A DNA stretch of 64,000 nucleotides from Terriglobia bacterium (GTDB taxonomy: Bacteria; Acidobacteriota; UBA6911), in contig JAIQGI010000014.1 of assembly GCA_020072565.1 (NCBI GenBank), positions 16,327-80,326 on the forward strand, in the 5' to 3' direction. This document shows positions 20,932 to 31,700 of the stretch, one piece after another. Positions within the stretch are counted from its first letter, which is position 1. The number at the start of each line of letters is the position of its first letter. The notes under the pieces are model-generated. The model saw only the letters and a program-made list of their open reading frames with translations. It was not told the DNA's origin and did not search any database. A program made the translations under genes and the position numbers.

Positions 20932-21468
20932 TCAGATGCCGATTTCGCTCCTGATCTTCCGAATCAGGGCGTCCAAGCCGTCGGTTTTTCCCTGATGTTG
21001 ACTCTTATAGATCGCATCTAGAAATCTCTTCGCCTTATCGGACCCCGGATTTTTCAAAATGTAACATTTCGCTAGAGCACTCATGGCATCATCGTATTTC
21101 TTCTGGCCGTTTAGCGCCTGCCCATAATAGTAATATGTCTCGCCGACTCTCGGGCGCAGCTTGATAAAACGCTCTGCCAGCGGCACCATCGTGTCCCACC
21201 TGCTTTGATTCCCGAGGTCGTTCAAGATAATCAACAGGTCGGCCTGGACATTGGGCAGCAGCTGGGATTTGGGCCGTTCCTGCAAAAACTTCAACCACTC
21301 GTCAGCCCGCTTGAGCGGCTCCTTCACCGCCTGGATTTTCTGAAATTGCTCATAGTCATCGCGATACTGCTTCTGTGCCGGAGTTTCATCTTCCTGCGCC
21401 CGGAGTTGAGCAGTCCCAAACCAAAGAACGACTCCAAGCAGAGGAAGCAACTTCTTTGCAATACGCAT
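20932..21468 (-). CDS. hypothetical secreted protein (TPR-like helical)
   Basis: A signal peptide (MRIAKKLLPLLGVVLWFGTAQLRA) precedes a helical, Tyr-rich body. Confidence 0.45.
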   Translation of the reverse strand: MRIAKKLLPLLGVVLWFGTAQLRAQEDETPAQKQYRDDYEQFQKIQAVKEPLKRADEWLKFLQERPKSQLLPNVQADLLIILNDLGNQSRWDTMVPLAERFIKLRPRVGETYYYYGQALNGQKKYDDAMSALAKCYILKNPGSDKAKRFLDAIYKSQHQGKTDGLDALIRKIRSEIGI

Positions 21469-21531
21469 GAGTCATCTCCTTGATCGCTATTTACAAATAT
21501 TCAGTAACATGTAAAATAATGCCGCACCAAA

Positions 21532-21607
21532 GGGCGCCTAGCTCAGCTGGTAGAGCACTGCGATCACACCGCAGGGGTCACAGGTTCGAGTCCTGTGGCG
21601 CCCACCA
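21532..21607 (+). tRNA. tRNA-Val (anticodon CAC)
   Basis: The sequence folds as a cloverleaf. It has a gggcgcc acceptor, a D-arm (gctcagctggtagagc), an anticodon loop atCACac, a T-arm (acagg-ttcgagt-cctgt), and a discriminator a followed by CCA. Confidence 0.85.
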
Positions 21608-21875
21608 CCCCTTCGTCCTTCAAGTACTTTGTTTCTTTTGAAGCGGGCACCAATGCGCCTACATGAATCTATTTCTGTGCCATGCGTCCATATCGGGATT
21701 CCGTCTTTCCTTTACGAAAAGCTCTTTCGCGGCGGGATCGGCAACAAGGGCCAACGCATCGAGCAAATACTCGCAATAGGTCTTGTCCACGAGCTTATCA
21801 GGTCCCCACTCCGGGTTCTGAGTGTCGAAAGCGGCGCATGCAGACATTTCGGGAATCTTCCCCGCCCGCACCGGC

Positions 21876-22166
21876 CTACCGGTTGGGTCGCCACAGCCCG
21901 CCGGCGGCTGACGCCTTGTCCATGTCGAGAAAGCTGTTGTCTTCGAAAGAATGCATTTGACTGCAGTACGGACAGCTAACCAGTCCATTCTGGAAGAGTC
22001 CGCTGCTGATCGCTTCCCTGCCCGAAGTGAGGATGCCGCTGTCGATCATCTTCCCGGTTGACGGACATCGAACCATGATCCTGTAATTGTGCGCCATCAG
22101 GTCGATCCGCATGTGTCGCGTGCGCACCGGCGGTGCACAGCGATCACAGAGCAGTGTCAGGGGCAA
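21876..22166 (-). CDS. possible small zinc-ribbon protein
   Basis: Cys pairs (RCPSTGK...CPYCSQMH) suggest a zinc ribbon. The ORF overlaps an alternative ORF at 21659..21988 in another frame, and the two cannot be discriminated by eye. Confidence 0.25.
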   Translation of the reverse strand: MPLTLLCDRCAPPVRTRHMRIDLMAHNYRIMVRCPSTGKMIDSGILTSGREAISSGLFQNGLVSCPYCSQMHSFEDNSFLDMDKASAAGGLWRPNR

Positions 22167-22252
22167 TTCAGGAAACGATGGGATTTTATCAAAATTGCTG
22201 TTGCGGCGGCATTTAAAATTGACTGTCTGCGCGCTAACTTCCTCAGGCGACC

Positions 22253-22864
22253 CTACAGCTCGATTTCGGGGCTGTTCAGATATGCGGAGCCCATAGCGCA
22301 GAGCTGATCGAGGGTAACAGCAAAAAGCTCAAAGAGCTGTTTTAGGCGGCTGATTTCATTGATTATGCCGCTGGCTTGAAATCGCAGCTCATCCGTCCCC
22401 TCGGGAAAATCAGCCCCAAACCAGCCTTCATCGTCCACCACTTCGAAACGAACGTCGCGCTGCGACTGGAGAAGCATCCTGATCTTTTCATTCGCAAAGA
22501 ACTGGCGCAGGCGGCCCTCGTCATTTCCTTTTATGATGAAGTCGCGATCGAATTCAGGAAAACCAACCTCGACATCCTGCATCCCGAGATGCTTGCCCAG
22601 TTCTGAGAAAAGACCGGCGCGATAGACCAGGAATCTGAAACCGTCGGCATTGACAAAGGGCGCCCGAATTCGTGTGTAAGGGATATGAGTATGGCCCGTC
22701 GAAACGGTGTAGATGTCGAGAGTCACAGTCCAGGGCTTTACGCGGGCCTGCACCTTGGCGCCGCGCCATAGACTGCCCTCGACATATTTTGCGCCGATCT
22801 CTGCAGACAGCTGCCGCCAGATTTCCTCCTTGTTGGGACTGAAAAACCCGCGTAACAGGCTCAT
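22253..22864 (-). CDS. hypothetical protein
   Basis: The ~204-aa product, taken from the internal Met MSLLRGF, has no recognisable motif. Coding-like composition is the only support. Confidence 0.4.
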   Translation of the reverse strand: MSLLRGFFSPNKEEIWRQLSAEIGAKYVEGSLWRGAKVQARVKPWTVTLDIYTVSTGHTHIPYTRIRAPFVNADGFRFLVYRAGLFSELGKHLGMQDVEVGFPEFDRDFIIKGNDEGRLRQFFANEKIRMLLQSQRDVRFEVVDDEGWFGADFPEGTDELRFQASGIINEISRLKQLFELFAVTLDQLCAMGSAYLNSPEIEL

Positions 22865-22922
22865 AATCCTCCATTGCGGTGACGCCGCCGTTCTCCACAC
22901 GCTTCGTGAACGCTGCCGCGCG

Positions 22923-25352
22923 TCAGCGTCCGCTCGGCCCATGGAGCTTGCCGAGCAGCGTCAAGGCTCTGCTGAGGTTAGCGCGCGCGTCGCTGAAGTC
23001 GGGCTTAATGCGGAGAGCCTCTCTGAAGTGCGTCGCAGCCTCCTCGAGCCGGCCCCGGCCTGCGAGCGCGACTCCCAGATTATTGTGGGCCTCCGCGGAT
23101 CCCGGCTCCGCTTTGAGCACCTCCCTGTACTGCAAGGCCGCTTCGTCGAGCCGTCCCAGCCCCTGCAGAACCTGTCCGAGGTTGTAGCGAGCCCCGGTGA
23201 AGTCCGGCTTGAGCCGCAAGGCCGCGTTATACTGTGTCACCGCTTCTTCATGGCGGCCCAACGCCTGCAGGGCATTGCCCAGGTTGAAGTAGACCCCGGC
23301 GATATCCGGCTTGAGCCGCAAAGCCTCGTTGTATTCCTTGATCGCATCGCTTTGACGGCCCAAAGCCAGCAGTGCGTTGCCCAGGTTGTTATGAGCCTCG
23401 GCGTAGTCCGGCTTGAGTCGCAAGGCCTCACGGTATCGCGTTACTGCCTCATTGACACGCCCCATGCGCTGCAACGCGCTGCCCAGGCAGTTGTAAGCCT
23501 CTGCAAAATCCGGCTTGAGCCGGACAGCCTCCATGTGTTGTGCCGCCGCCTCGTCGAGACGACCCATCTGCTGCAAGGCGCTGCCGAGATTGTTGTAGGC
23601 CGTGGCGTAATCGGGCTTGAGCTTCACAGCCTCCCTGAGGTGAATTACTGCCTCGTCAAGCCGGCCCAACCCCTGGAGAGCTGATCCCAGATTGCCCTGA
23701 GCCTCTGCGGAACCCGGCTCGTGTCGGAGCGCCTCCCGGTACTGCGCCGCCGCCTCTTCGAGCCTGCCCTGTCCCTGCAGGGCGTTGCCGAGGTTGTAAT
23801 AGGCCCCCCCAAAGTCCGGCTTGAGCCGCAGGGCTGCCTGGTATTGGGTTATGGCCTCGTCGAGCCTGCCGAGCCCCTGCAAGGCATCACCCAGGTTGTT
23901 ATGGGCCTCGGCGTAGTCCGGTTTCAGCCGCAAGGCCTCTTGATATTGTGCCAGCGCCTTCTCTACCTGTCCCCTTGCCTGCAGGGCGTTGCCCAGATTG
24001 TTGTAGGCCATCCAGCACGACGGATTGCGGCTGATCGTGACGCGATAGAGTGTTTCAGCGTTGGCGTACTGACGGCTCTGGCTCCAGGTGGGAAAAGCAA
24101 GCGCGCCTCCCAAAACAACTGTCATGACTGCCGCGGCCGGCTTGGGCTGGAAGCTCCATCGTCGGAGAAGGCTCGCCAGGCCGGCGGTAAACAGGGCTAT
24201 GATCCCTATGCTCGCCAGATACTGGAAGTGATCCGCTACGAACGAGTATCGGAACGGATACACGTTGAAAAAGCCCAGCGCCGGAAAAAGCGTCCCGCAG
24301 AAAAACAGCATCGCCGCCAGCGGCGCCCGGGAACGCATCCGCCACAGTGCCGCCAGCAACACGGCCACAACCAGCGGGTAGAGATATTGCCACCACACGC
24401 CCTGGCTGATCTGCCACCGCGGGTAAATGAAGGTCAGGTTCGCCGGCCAAAACAGCTTGCCGAGATAGAAACAGACCACCCGCCCGGCAATCAGGCCTCG
24501 TTCGATCAGCGTGAACTGGAATTCCGCACCCTGGGCTCCGATCAGCGTGCGCTCGACCAGGGCGGTAAGGAGGCCCCCGGCCGCGCCGATCACGAACCAC
24601 GGCATCAGCGGCGCCACGTCGCGGCGCCCGCTCAGATGCCCGCGTTGCCACCAGAAGATCACCAGCAGCGCCGCCGGTAAGGTGGCCGTGACGGTCTTGC
24701 TTAGCAAGGCCAGAACGAAGAGGGCCAGCGCCAGCGCATAAATGCGTTTTTGCCTGGTTTTGTCGAAGTGGAGATAGGCCAACACCGCAACCAGATAGAG
24801 CACGCCCGAGAGCGTGTTCTTCAGCTCGCTGATCCACGCCACGGACTCCACCTGAATGGGATGCAGGGCGAAGATCACCGCCGCCAGCCAAGCCCCCGGC
24901 ACGCCCAGGCGCCGCAGGATCACCGCCACCAGAAACGCCGCAAGCGCGTGCAGGATGATGTTGACCAGGTGGTAGCCCAGCATGGCGTCGCCCCAGAGTC
25001 TATGCAGGAGCCAGAAAGCCGAATGGGTGACCGGATAGTATTGCTGGGTCGCGCCGAGATCGAACCAGATGCGCCACAGACCTTCTGCGGGGCGCAAATC
25101 GCTGCGGGTGATATGGCGGTCGTCATCCCAGAGCATCCTGCCACGCCAGGCCGGATGATAGGCCGCCAAGGTCGCCAGCAGCAATCCCAGCAGCAATAGC
25201 CACGCTCCCCACCCGCGAGTTGCGCGACGGGCAGTAACTTGCTCCGCTGGCCGTTGCTGCTCCCTGCCCGGGCTGCCCGCCGACTGAAATGGCTTGCGTC
25301 TCTTGCCGGTCACGTTTGTCTTAATTTTCTGGAATCTCTTCGGATTGCTCAT
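22923..25352 (-). CDS. TMTC-like membrane protein: polytopic N-terminal domain plus C-terminal TPR array
   Basis: The 809-aa product has ~10 TM helices in the N-terminal half, typical of GT-C/PMT-like TMTC proteins. About 12 canonical TPRs follow (A..YNNLGNALQ..GRL.EA...Y..AL.L.PD). Confidence 0.75.
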   Translation of the reverse strand: MSNPKRFQKIKTNVTGKRRKPFQSAGSPGREQQRPAEQVTARRATRGWGAWLLLLGLLLATLAAYHPAWRGRMLWDDDRHITRSDLRPAEGLWRIWFDLGATQQYYPVTHSAFWLLHRLWGDAMLGYHLVNIILHALAAFLVAVILRRLGVPGAWLAAVIFALHPIQVESVAWISELKNTLSGVLYLVAVLAYLHFDKTRQKRIYALALALFVLALLSKTVTATLPAALLVIFWWQRGHLSGRRDVAPLMPWFVIGAAGGLLTALVERTLIGAQGAEFQFTLIERGLIAGRVVCFYLGKLFWPANLTFIYPRWQISQGVWWQYLYPLVVAVLLAALWRMRSRAPLAAMLFFCGTLFPALGFFNVYPFRYSFVADHFQYLASIGIIALFTAGLASLLRRWSFQPKPAAAVMTVVLGGALAFPTWSQSRQYANAETLYRVTISRNPSCWMAYNNLGNALQARGQVEKALAQYQEALRLKPDYAEAHNNLGDALQGLGRLDEAITQYQAALRLKPDFGGAYYNLGNALQGQGRLEEAAAQYREALRHEPGSAEAQGNLGSALQGLGRLDEAVIHLREAVKLKPDYATAYNNLGSALQQMGRLDEAAAQHMEAVRLKPDFAEAYNCLGSALQRMGRVNEAVTRYREALRLKPDYAEAHNNLGNALLALGRQSDAIKEYNEALRLKPDIAGVYFNLGNALQALGRHEEAVTQYNAALRLKPDFTGARYNLGQVLQGLGRLDEAALQYREVLKAEPGSAEAHNNLGVALAGRGRLEEAATHFREALRIKPDFSDARANLSRALTLLGKLHGPSGR

Positions 25353-25358
25353 TTCCGG

Positions 25359-25398
25359 TTGGAGCGGGAGACGGGGAACGATCCCGCGACGTCCAGCT
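25359..25398. repeat. attL-like partial copy of the tRNA-Gly 3' half (island boundary)
   Basis: ttggagcgggagacggggaAcgaTcccgcgacgtccagct matches 45942-45981 at 38 of 40 positions. That span runs from the tRNA-Gly CCA through the T-arm and variable loop to the 3' anticodon stem. Confidence 0.6.
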
Positions 25399-26459
25399 CG
25401 AGAATTCCCTTTTAACGAATGCAGCCATTGAATCTACAACACTTGTGTTTCATAAGACACAACAAGCTCGCAAAAAAGTAGCGGAAACGCAACCCCCGCG
25501 CTACCCAAACTGACAGGATTCGCATAGAACACTAATTGCGATCGCAAGAGAAACGTTAGCGGCTGTGGCCTGCTTCCAGAGGGGATACAGTCTGTCGAGG
25601 CTGCCGCGATCTTGTATGTCGCCCGTGTCACGATTCACATCGCAGGGCGCGCCAAGCGCAGAGTTGGGCGACATCTCCACGGACGGGACCTCTGACCCGC
25701 TTCGCGGAATTTATATCTACGAATGCGTTATACAGCCTGTGACCGAGCTGAACTGTTGCCCGCTTGGTTTCTGAGCGCAAAGGCGTCCAGGCTGGCGTCC
25801 ACTTTTTGGCTGATGCGGTAGATCCGCTTGCCTTCATGGCAGAGTTGCGGAGAGCTGGGGTCGAGCAGACCGAGAACTTTGAATCTTGGGATTGAATAAA
25901 ACCCCCCGGATTGCTTTTGATAACAGGCCATTTCACCACCTACCATGAGCGCCGTCGAAGCCCGGGACGCGTCCACTCGGATGGTCAGTCGGCAGGCCAG
26001 ACAAGTTGCCCGTGCGGCCCAACTTCCAGAAAGTGAGCAAAAAGACTTAGGGATTTTACGTACGGACCTGAGGACCCGGGAGGAGGGCAGACGAGCGGAG
26101 GCTTGGCGCGGGCATTGATCGAATACGCGGCTTGTCCTCCCTATTCGGAATGACGGGGTGTCGGCGCCGGCGTGCGCCAATCGGGATCTGTCCCTGTCAG
26201 TTGCCTCAGAATCACCTTGGTTTCATTAATCAGCCGATTGCTCCGACCTTTTGCGGTTACGGCAATTAACATCACAAAGCGCCCCTCCTGTTGTGATTCA
26301 CGCCAACCCCAGCCGGGGAATCCTCTCTCGAGCAGTTTCTACTCAGGCTGGTGGGTAAGGGATAGGTTTATTCCTGCTTTTGAGCCGAGAAAATCCTGAG
26401 GTGGATTGGTAAAAGCTCCGGCGTGTTTCCTACGTGGTGGTGGGTCGAAAGAGGGAGTG

Positions 26460-27824
26460 ATGGGGATAGCATCAATTGAACAAATTGAATGCGAGCCTCG
26501 TATCTATATGCATCTCTGTGCCAGCGAGGTGTCTGTGTATCCAGCTGTCGAGTCGCCCCAAATGGATGCGAGATTTGAATGTGACCTTCGAAGCTTTGTC
26601 GGCAAATATACGGCAGTGTGGCTGAGCTCAGCCGTAGGGACTCCCACCTCAGCAATGACATATACCGCTTCGGCGCAGCGCAGAAACGAGCGCAATACAG
26701 ACCTCTTGATCGACTCCATGGAAAAGGAATTGCGGAACTACCCGTCACGGCCGCGGGAGCAGTCAGGCTGGCGTGAGCGCATTTTCGTAACACTGCGCCA
26801 GTTCGGCACGAAATCCTTCCGGTTTCCCGACAGCCATTTTGACGTTATCTTCTCTCCTGACTATTTTGCGGTTACCAGGGCTTTCGCCCGCCAGGCCCGC
26901 GCATTTGACGAGAGCATCGAGACCGACGCGCTCGCTCAAGCGCTTCGCAACGTCTGGGTCATGAACTGTTTGCAGATGTTCCTGGGCCGGCGGCCTTCGC
27001 TTTCGCCATCAGTTTTCGCTTACAGCATGCTCTATCCATACACCGATAACCACCTCGACCAGCCGAAACTGCCCTACGAGACGAAACGGATGGCGTGCCG
27101 GCGCTTGGGACTTCGTCTTTCAGGCCGGAATATCGAGCCTTGCGATGCGCATGAAGCTGCCGTTTTCCGGCTCGTTGAGATGATCGAAGGCGAATACCCG
27201 CGCGCTACTTCCCCGGAGGTCTACTCGAGTCTTCTGGCGATCCATGCCGGGCAGGTGAAAAGCCTGGGCCAGCAGCACACGCCCTTCGCTCCGGATGAAA
27301 CAACCCTCCTGCGGATCAGCGTTGAGAAAGGAGGCTCCTCTGTCCTCGCCGACGGCTGGCTTGTGGGGGGCGAAATGAGGAGAGCGGAGGCCGATTTCTT
27401 CTTTGGTTTCGGCGTCATGCTTCAGCTGCTCGACGACCTGCAGGACCTACCCGATGACCGCAATGCCGGGCACTGGACTTTATTCACGCGCACGGCCTCG
27501 GCGGAATGCCTGGACCGTCACACCAGCCAGCTCTGGCATTTCGTACACAACGTGCTCGATTCAAGGGGCTGCCTCGCCGATTCCCACGGTCTCGAACTGC
27601 GAGATCTGATCCGCCGCAACAGCACGATACTGTTGCTACGGGCCATGGCAGAAAGCGCAGGCTACTATTCCGCCGATTATGTGCACCACATGGAACGGTT
27701 TTCCCCTCTGAGTTTTGCCTTCCTGCGGGACCGTCGCGTAGCCATCGAAAAGAGATTCGCCAGAATCTGGCCACCGCTGGCGCGCCGGCGAAAGCTGCGC
27801 TCGATCTTCGATCTCCTGGGCTGA
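26460..27824 (+). CDS. hypothetical protein with Asp-rich LQLLDDLQDLPDD motif (possible divergent isoprenoid-synthase-like fold)
   Basis: The ~455-aa product, taken from the internal Met MGIASIEQ, is helical. GVMLQLLDDLQD resembles the second Asp-rich motif (FQxxDDxxD) of trans-prenyl synthases, and a degenerate TDNHLD lies ~125 aa upstream. No confident family assignment was made. Confidence 0.45.
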   Translation: MGIASIEQIECEPRIYMHLCASEVSVYPAVESPQMDARFECDLRSFVGKYTAVWLSSAVGTPTSAMTYTASAQRRNERNTDLLIDSMEKELRNYPSRPREQSGWRERIFVTLRQFGTKSFRFPDSHFDVIFSPDYFAVTRAFARQARAFDESIETDALAQALRNVWVMNCLQMFLGRRPSLSPSVFAYSMLYPYTDNHLDQPKLPYETKRMACRRLGLRLSGRNIEPCDAHEAAVFRLVEMIEGEYPRATSPEVYSSLLAIHAGQVKSLGQQHTPFAPDETTLLRISVEKGGSSVLADGWLVGGEMRRAEADFFFGFGVMLQLLDDLQDLPDDRNAGHWTLFTRTASAECLDRHTSQLWHFVHNVLDSRGCLADSHGLELRDLIRRNSTILLLRAMAESAGYYSADYVHHMERFSPLSFAFLRDRRVAIEKRFARIWPPLARRRKLRSIFDLLG

Positions 27825-27941
27825 TGGCATGGGAGCATTTGACTGGAGCGTAGTGTTTTTCTGCGTTTGAGATCACCCGAGATCCAGGAATGCCGGAAAC
27901 CACTTTCGCTGTGCCAAACGGATGTCGATTTGGGCAATCCC

Positions 27942-28238
27942 TTACTTTATCGCATGCAATGCCTGACGGATTGCCTGAACATCGACCAACCGGCCTGAGC
28001 TGAACCGATAGAGGATGCTCGAAATTAATGTTTGATACGGAAGCCCCTCATCGGCGGCTCTTTTCCTCAGGTTTTCGAGCACAACCTCACTGAGCCGCAG
28101 GCTGATGGTTTTCGTCTTTCCTGCGGCCCGCAGAATTCGCTCTTTCTCGGCGGGCTCTACCGGCAAAAACTCTTCTAAAGAGTCTTCTATTTTTTGTTCA
28201 TACCTGTCAAGTTTTGGCCTACTTCGCTTTTTTGCCAT
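27942..28238 (-). CDS. brnA: BrnA-family antitoxin (RHH/CopG-like)
   Basis: A C-terminal segment (ISLRLSEVVLENLRKRAADEGLPYQTLISSILYRF) is typical of BrnA. The gene overlaps brnT by 20 nt, the classic toxin-first brnTA layout. Confidence 0.65.
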   Translation of the reverse strand: MAKKRSRPKLDRYEQKIEDSLEEFLPVEPAEKERILRAAGKTKTISLRLSEVVLENLRKRAADEGLPYQTLISSILYRFSSGRLVDVQAIRQALHAIK

Positions 28239-28485
28239 AACGCCTCTGAAGCTTGCGAGTGGGATAGATCGTTTTGAGGATCATGTTGCCGTCGGAATCC
28301 CAAAGAAACGGCACCGCATGAACCCGCTCGCCCAGGTTGACGACGAGTATTTTTTGATTCTTTCTCACGCGGTGCTCGAGAATATCAAGAACGCGCCCGG
28401 ACACAATTTCGACGATAACATCCTCAAAACGAACGTCCCTTGCGGCTGCCAGTTTTTCATTCTTGGCTTCGTCCCAGACGATCAC
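28219..28485 (-). CDS. brnT: BrnT-family toxin (DUF497)
   Basis: The 88-aa product begins MIVWDEAKNEKLAAARDVRFEDV..., a typical BrnT N-terminus. It has an apparent GTG start. Confidence 0.65.
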   Translation of the reverse strand: MIVWDEAKNEKLAAARDVRFEDVIVEIVSGRVLDILEHRVRKNQKILVVNLGERVHAVPFLWDSDGNMILKTIYPTRKLQRRYGKKAK

Positions 28486-28502
28486 ATGCTAATTGTGCCC
28501 AT

Positions 28503-28514
28503 ATGTATATACAT
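28503..28514. promoter_or_regulatory. perfect palindrome atgtatatacat upstream of brnT (candidate BrnA operator)
   Basis: The 12-bp perfect palindrome lies ~20 nt upstream of the brnT start. It sits in the divergent intergenic region shared with the giant helicase gene. Confidence 0.35.
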
Positions 28515-28737
28515 TGTCAACGATGTTCGGGACGTATCGGCCCAGGCGATCCAACCACGAGTACGTTTGTTCGGGCTCTAGATGAAACCTATGCGCTGTG
28601 CACGCATGTATCGGGTTGCTATGCTAATTGAATCGGAGCACATACAGATGCACATCCAGGCAACAAATCGCCGGTCGGCCCACGGCCGTGCGTCGGATTT
28701 GACGCTGACTGGTGCCTGACGGTACTATGGCCGCGCG

Positions 28738-31700
28738 ATGGAGATATTGAGATACAGCGACCTGGATACGCGAGGGCTGGAGCAGTACGTGGAGCACGCC
28801 ACGGCGCTTCTTCGGGAAGGCGACTTCCGCGGCGCAGACGCCCGCAAAATGGTTGGTTCGCCGTTTTATAGGGCGCGGTTGAACGACAGGGACCGCCTGT
28901 TGTTCCGCTTCGTCGCTCACGGCGGGAAATCCCATCTCGTGCTGCTCGAGGTGATCCGGAATCATGCGTACGAAAAATCCCGCTTTCTCAACGGCGCCGT
29001 GGTTGATGAAAATAAATTGGTGCCGATCCCGGACGCCGCGCAGGTTCCGGCGGGCGATCTCCTGCCGTTGAGTTTCATCAATCCGAAAATCCAGCGCGTC
29101 CATGTGCTGGACAAGATCCTATCACTCGACGACTGGCAGGAGGCTGCGTATGTGCAGCGGCTGCCATTGATACTGATCGGTTCGGCGGGGAGCGGCAAGA
29201 CGGTACTGACGCTGGAGAAGATGAAGCAGATGTCCGGCGATTTGCTGTACGTCACGCATTCCGCCTACCTGGCGGAGAATGCCCGCAGGCTGTACTACGC
29301 CTCGGGCTACGAGAACGAGGCGCAGAACCTCAGCTTCCTGTCGTTTCGCGAGTTCGTGGAAACCATCCATGTGCCGCCGGGGAGCGTGGTGGATTTCCGG
29401 ATTTTCGCACGCTGGTTTGCCCGGCATCGGCAGGCTTCGGGCCTGCGCGACGCCCATCAGCTTTTCGAGGAATTCAACGGCGTGTTGACCGGTTCGCCGG
29501 TCACGACCCCGTATCTGTCGCGCGCGGACTACCTGGCCCTGGGCGTGCGCCGTTCCATTTTCACCGGCGACGAACGGCCGCTGGTGTACGACCTGTTCCT
29601 CAAATATCTCGACTTCCTCAAACAGGAGGAACTCGCGGACCTCAACCTGCTGTGTTTCCAGTATCACGAGGCCTGCCGCCCGTCCTATGACGCGATCGTC
29701 GTGGACGAAGTGCAGGATCTGACCAATGTTCAGCTCAGCCTGATTCTCAGGACGCTCCGCCATCCGGAAAAATTCATTCTTTGCGGCGATTCCAACCAGA
29801 TTGTTCATCCGAATTTTTTCTCGTGGGCCGCGCTCAAGACCCTGTTCTACGAGAACCGCCTGAAGACCAGCGGCGAGATCATACGGCTTCTCAATACCAA
29901 CTATCGTAACACGCCGGAAGTTACGCGCCTGGCCAATCGGCTGCTGCTCCTGAAGAATGCGCGCTTCGGATCGATCGATCGGGAAAGCCACTACCTGGTC
30001 CGGCCGATCTCGGAAAACCAGGGGCGCGTGGAATTCCTCGCCGATACGGACGCGGTGAAGCGCGAGTTCGACGCACGCACATCCCGTTCCACGCGCTTCG
30101 CCGTGCTCGTGATGCGCCCGGAGGACAAGGAAGCTGCCGGCCGCTGCTTCCGGACTCCGCTGCTTTTCTCCATCCAGGAAGCCAAGGGCCTCGAATACGA
30201 GAACATCATTCTCTTCAACTTCGTCTCAGGATCAGCTGCCGTGTTCAAGGAGGTCACCGAGGGAGTAGAACCCGCGGATTTGAAAGCGGACTTCTCGTAT
30301 GCCAGGGCGAAAGACAAGACCGACAAGTCGCTGGAAGGTTTCAAGTTTTATATCAACTCGCTCTACGTGGCCATGACCCGGGCCGTGCGGAATCTATACA
30401 TCATCGAGCAGGACACCGGGCACCGCCTTTTCCGTCTGCTGGGGCTCGATCTGCCCGGCCGCGAAGTGAAGCTCAAGACCCAGGATTCCTCGGCTGAGGA
30501 ATGGCAGGCCGAAGCGCACCGCCTCGAAATGCAGGGCAAACAAGAGCAGGCGGAAGCGATTCGGCGGCGCATTCTCGAGACGCAGCCTGTGCCTTGGCCC
30601 GTAATTACGCCGGATGGACTGGCGCAACTGGAGTTTGAGGCACTCAATCCGCAAGCCTACAACCGGCAGGCAAAACTGCTGCTGTTCGAGTATGCGGTGA
30701 TGTATTCGGTGCCCCGCCTCTTCCCGAAACTGGCGGCGTTGCAGTTCAACCCGGCGTTCCGTGCTGATTCCGAGCGGGCCGCGATCGAGAACAAGTACAG
30801 CCAGGACTGCCAGGGGGCACATCCGGTTCTGAATCAGAAGATCGAACGCTATGGTGTTGATTTTCGCAACCCGCTCAACCAGACGCCGCTCATGGTGGCC
30901 GCGCGACTGGGGCGGAAAGACCTGGTGCGCGACTTGGTTGCGCAGGGAGCCAACACCCAAGCCCGGGATAACTGGGGACGGGTGCCGCTGCAGATCGCGC
31001 TACGCCAGGCGTATAGCCGGCCCGAATACGCACGGTCGGCTATCGGCGAGGTCTACCCACTGCTTGCGCCGTCCGCGCTCAAGGTGCGGACGGGTGGGCG
31101 GCTCGTGAAACTCGACAGCCATGTCATGGAGTTCTTCCTCCTGCACTCCATGTTGGCGCTGTTTGAAGACGTGGTTCGACGCAAGGTGCAGGTTGCCTTT
31201 CCCGCCTTCGAGACGGGTGATTTTGTGTCCGCCCTGGAGCCGTTCCCCGTAAACGTCATCCCGGAGCATCGCCGCCGCCGTCCTTATTTGAGCGGTGTGC
31301 TCGCGCGCAACGAACTGCACCGCGGCGATCCCGGCAACCGCCAGCTCTTCCTGCGGGTCAGCCACGGGTTCTATGTACCGAATCCGGCGATGGATATCGA
31401 GATCGAGAACGCCTGGATCAATGTGTGCGACCTGCTGCACCTGGACACCATGGACGAAGGCGCCGAAAAGCGCCTGAAAGATCTCCTGGATGTGATGCGG
31501 CACGTCCGAAAACAGGGGCGGCTCGAAGACTCAAGCCGTCTGCGATTTTCTCCGTTTCATAGCACACCCGTTGCGCGTACCCTCGATAGTATTGCCCGCA
31601 AAGTGCGTGGTGAAGACGTGGCTTGGGAAGATGAATGGGAAGCGGCGGATCCACGATCCGGTGCTACGGCTCCCGACGTTCCGTTCCGGCAGGAACCGGC

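Noticed and set aside
21659-21988. 109-aa minus-strand ORF overlapping the putative zinc-ribbon ORF
   Set aside because: It overlaps the 21876..22166 ORF in another frame by 113 nt, and coding potential cannot be assigned by eye. It is left unannotated rather than reporting both.
22713-24891. Long ORFs (323, 319, 278 aa) within the TPR gene on either strand
   Set aside because: These are shadow frames of the 809-aa TMTC-like gene. The repetitive GC-rich TPR coding sequence creates long open antisense frames.
29122-29991. 289-aa minus-strand ORF inside the giant helicase gene
   Set aside because: It is antisense to the region encoding the clear Walker A and DEVQD motifs.
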